In this document: positions 62,299 to 64,000 of the stretch, in pieces
How the letters are laid out: each line of letters starts with the position of its first letter
Position numbering within the stretch: position 1 is the first letter of the stretch
Assembly: GCA_038087875.1 (NCBI GenBank)
Contig: CM075995.1
Coordinates: forward strand, 6,822,001 to 6,886,000
Direction: 5' to 3'
DNA from: Malacoraja senta
Taxonomy: Eukaryota
DNA: 64,000 bases
The notes under the pieces: generated by a model
Told to the model about the DNA's origin: nothing
Databases searched by the model: none
Seen by the model: the letters and a program-made list of their open reading frames with translations, nothing else
Translations under genes and position numbers: made by a program

Positions 62299-63103
62299 TT
62301 TGAATAATTATAGTACCTTTGAATCTTGTGGTGCGTCCATATCCCAGGTCTTTAGGTATTGGGGGAGTTTTTGAATTATTAACTTTTGTTGGTATGTCCA
62401 TATTATTCTTATCACTAAACACAAAACACAAACAAGTGATTTTATGTAATAAAAAAAAAACTAAAAAAGTGAGGCTACAGTGTCTATAGTCGGCACTGTA
62501 GCAAGTGACCCACCTGTAGGTGGGAAAAAACCTTATTTTGACTTCCATTGCGTTGTTGCTCAACTCGCTCCGCTCTCTTAGTTAATCATAACATATTAAA
62601 ATATTAAAACGAGGCCTCACATTCATATATATAATACAATTTTACCCTGATATTTCCTTATAACATATATATATATCAGAGTTTAATTATTAAACCAATA
62701 TTTTTGATTTCAATAAGAATCAGCTGTTGGTTGAAGGGGTTAACGAGACGTGCTCCTGGACATAAGCCAGGAGCTCGTTTCTCATCCCCTCCTCCCGCTT
62801 ATAGACAAGGTTACAATTTATTAAAAATTCATATTAGTATGTTAGTTCATTATTTTTTTGTTTTTTTTGTTAGTATTCTAATCTAACCTGCATAACTTTT
62901 AAAGTTGTTAATAGGATAAGTTCTTACAATTGGTTATAACATTTTAATCAATAAGCAATTATTTTCTAATTCATATCCCGTTATAAAGTTGTTTACACGT
63001 TTTGAACAGAAAATGTCCTTGCTTCAACATTCCGGAGATAACAGTGTAACTATCCCCAGACAAAACATAGCTGAGAATTATTCGGATCTGCCAAAGCTCC
63101 CTT

Positions 63104-64000
63104 TTATTTCTGTCTTTCAACAATCGTTTGGGCATATTTGAAAGCGTCTTCAGGCTTAACAAATGACTTTTCAAGACCATTAAAAGAAATACGCATTTTA
63201 GCGGGATAAAAAACCCCGAATCTGACCCCTTCTCTCCCTCTTAAAAGATCTTTAACCTTATCAAATTTGTTTCTTTTTTGCACAATTTCATGTGGGTAGT
63301 CCCTGAATATCTTAATAGTGTCTTTGTCCAGCCGTAATTGTACACCATATTTGATATGGGTCATAACATATTCCAGTTCTGCAGTGTCTCGAAATTTCAC
63401 TATAATATGTCGTGGATAAGCTTTTCCCGCATCAAATCTTTTTCCAAATCTTGGGACACGATGAGCCACTTCGATTTTCGGTTCCTTGGGAAGATTCAAC
63501 AGTTGTTTCAACAAGCCCATGGCAAATTCACGTACCTGTTCCCCTTCTGCCCCCTCTGAAACACCAAGAATCCTCAGATTCTGGCGTCTAGAACGAGCTT
63601 CCAGGTCCAGGCATTTGAATGAGACTTTCTCTAATTGAGTCCCCATTTGTAGTGATGCTTGTTCGTTTTCTCGCCTCATTTGCTCATGTTCTTGCCTCAA
63701 TTTCGCCATGTCTTCAACCAGTCGTGCCGTATTTTTCTCCAATTCCGTGATTGTCTGCATACTTGCAGCTACTGTTTCAAGTACAGCCGTGAACTTATCC
63801 GTAGTAATTACATCCATTTTATCCATTTTCTCTGATAGTCCATCTTTCACCTCATCAATTCGTTTATTCATAGTGTCCAGTAAATCCGTCATATTCTTCT
63901 GGTTACCAGCATTTAAATCCTTCATCATCTTCTGCATTCCTTCCATCATTTTTGCCGAATTTTCCTTCATTTCCTTCTTATCTTCCACCCTATTATCCGA
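63104..64000 (-). CDS. L1 ORF1 (coiled coil, RRM, CTD); N-terminus probably beyond the window
   Basis: LEARSRRQNLRILGVSEGAEG, IEVAHRV, PRHIIVKF, IFRDYP, YPAKMRI. The track's start codon is GTG and the frame is open to the window edge. Confidence 0.9.
   Translation of the reverse strand, partial: SDNRVEDKKEMKENSAKMMEGMQKMMKDLNAGNQKNMTDLLDTMNKRIDEVKDGLSEKMDKMDVITTDKFTAVLETVAASMQTITELEKNTARLVEDMAKLRQEHEQMRRENEQASLQMGTQLEKVSFKCLDLEARSRRQNLRILGVSEGAEGEQVREFAMGLLKQLLNLPKEPKIEVAHRVPRFGKRFDAGKAYPRHIIVKFRDTAELEYVMTHIKYGVQLRLDKDTIKIFRDYPHEIVQKRNKFDKVKDLLRGREGVRFGVFYPAKMRISFNGLEKSFVKPEDAFKYAQTIVERQK

Larger units (their letters stand above)
58072..64000 (-). mobile_element. Near-intact L1-clade LINE (5' end outside the window)
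   Basis: Poly(A) tail at ~58072-58120, 3' UTR, ORF2, ~0.8-kb inter-ORF spacer, ORF1. Confidence 0.96.

Overview
This is repeat-dense vertebrate genomic DNA, not prokaryotic. The repeat families (HE1-like V-SINEs, CR1/HER1-like LINEs, Rex1/Babar, L2, Penelope, Tx1 and L1) point to a cartilaginous fish, probably a skate or ray; the taxon is an inference. I recognise no intact host gene exon. The only host-gene sequence is a 5'-truncated processed pseudogene of NACA (7203-7943). The least expected structure is a cluster of non-autonomous Helitron-like elements in (TA)n tracts. Family A (33078-40312, second copy 50418-53713) is built from two homologous modules, each with a well-spaced GC-box/TATA/Inr/YY1-like core promoter directly upstream of a tandem array (~52-bp and 48-bp units). 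Family B (53752-56401) is followed head-to-tail by a second copy that is interrupted by a near-intact L1, whose ORF2 is broken by a single extra base. Also present: three MITE families with clear TIRs and target-site duplications (TSDs), Penelope-derived hammerhead-ribozyme motifs, a short L1 3' transduction, several local duplications, and a 200-N gap followed by a re-run of 32612-40312 (possibly a haplotype or false duplication). All alignments were done by eye, so boundaries of degraded repeats are approximate.
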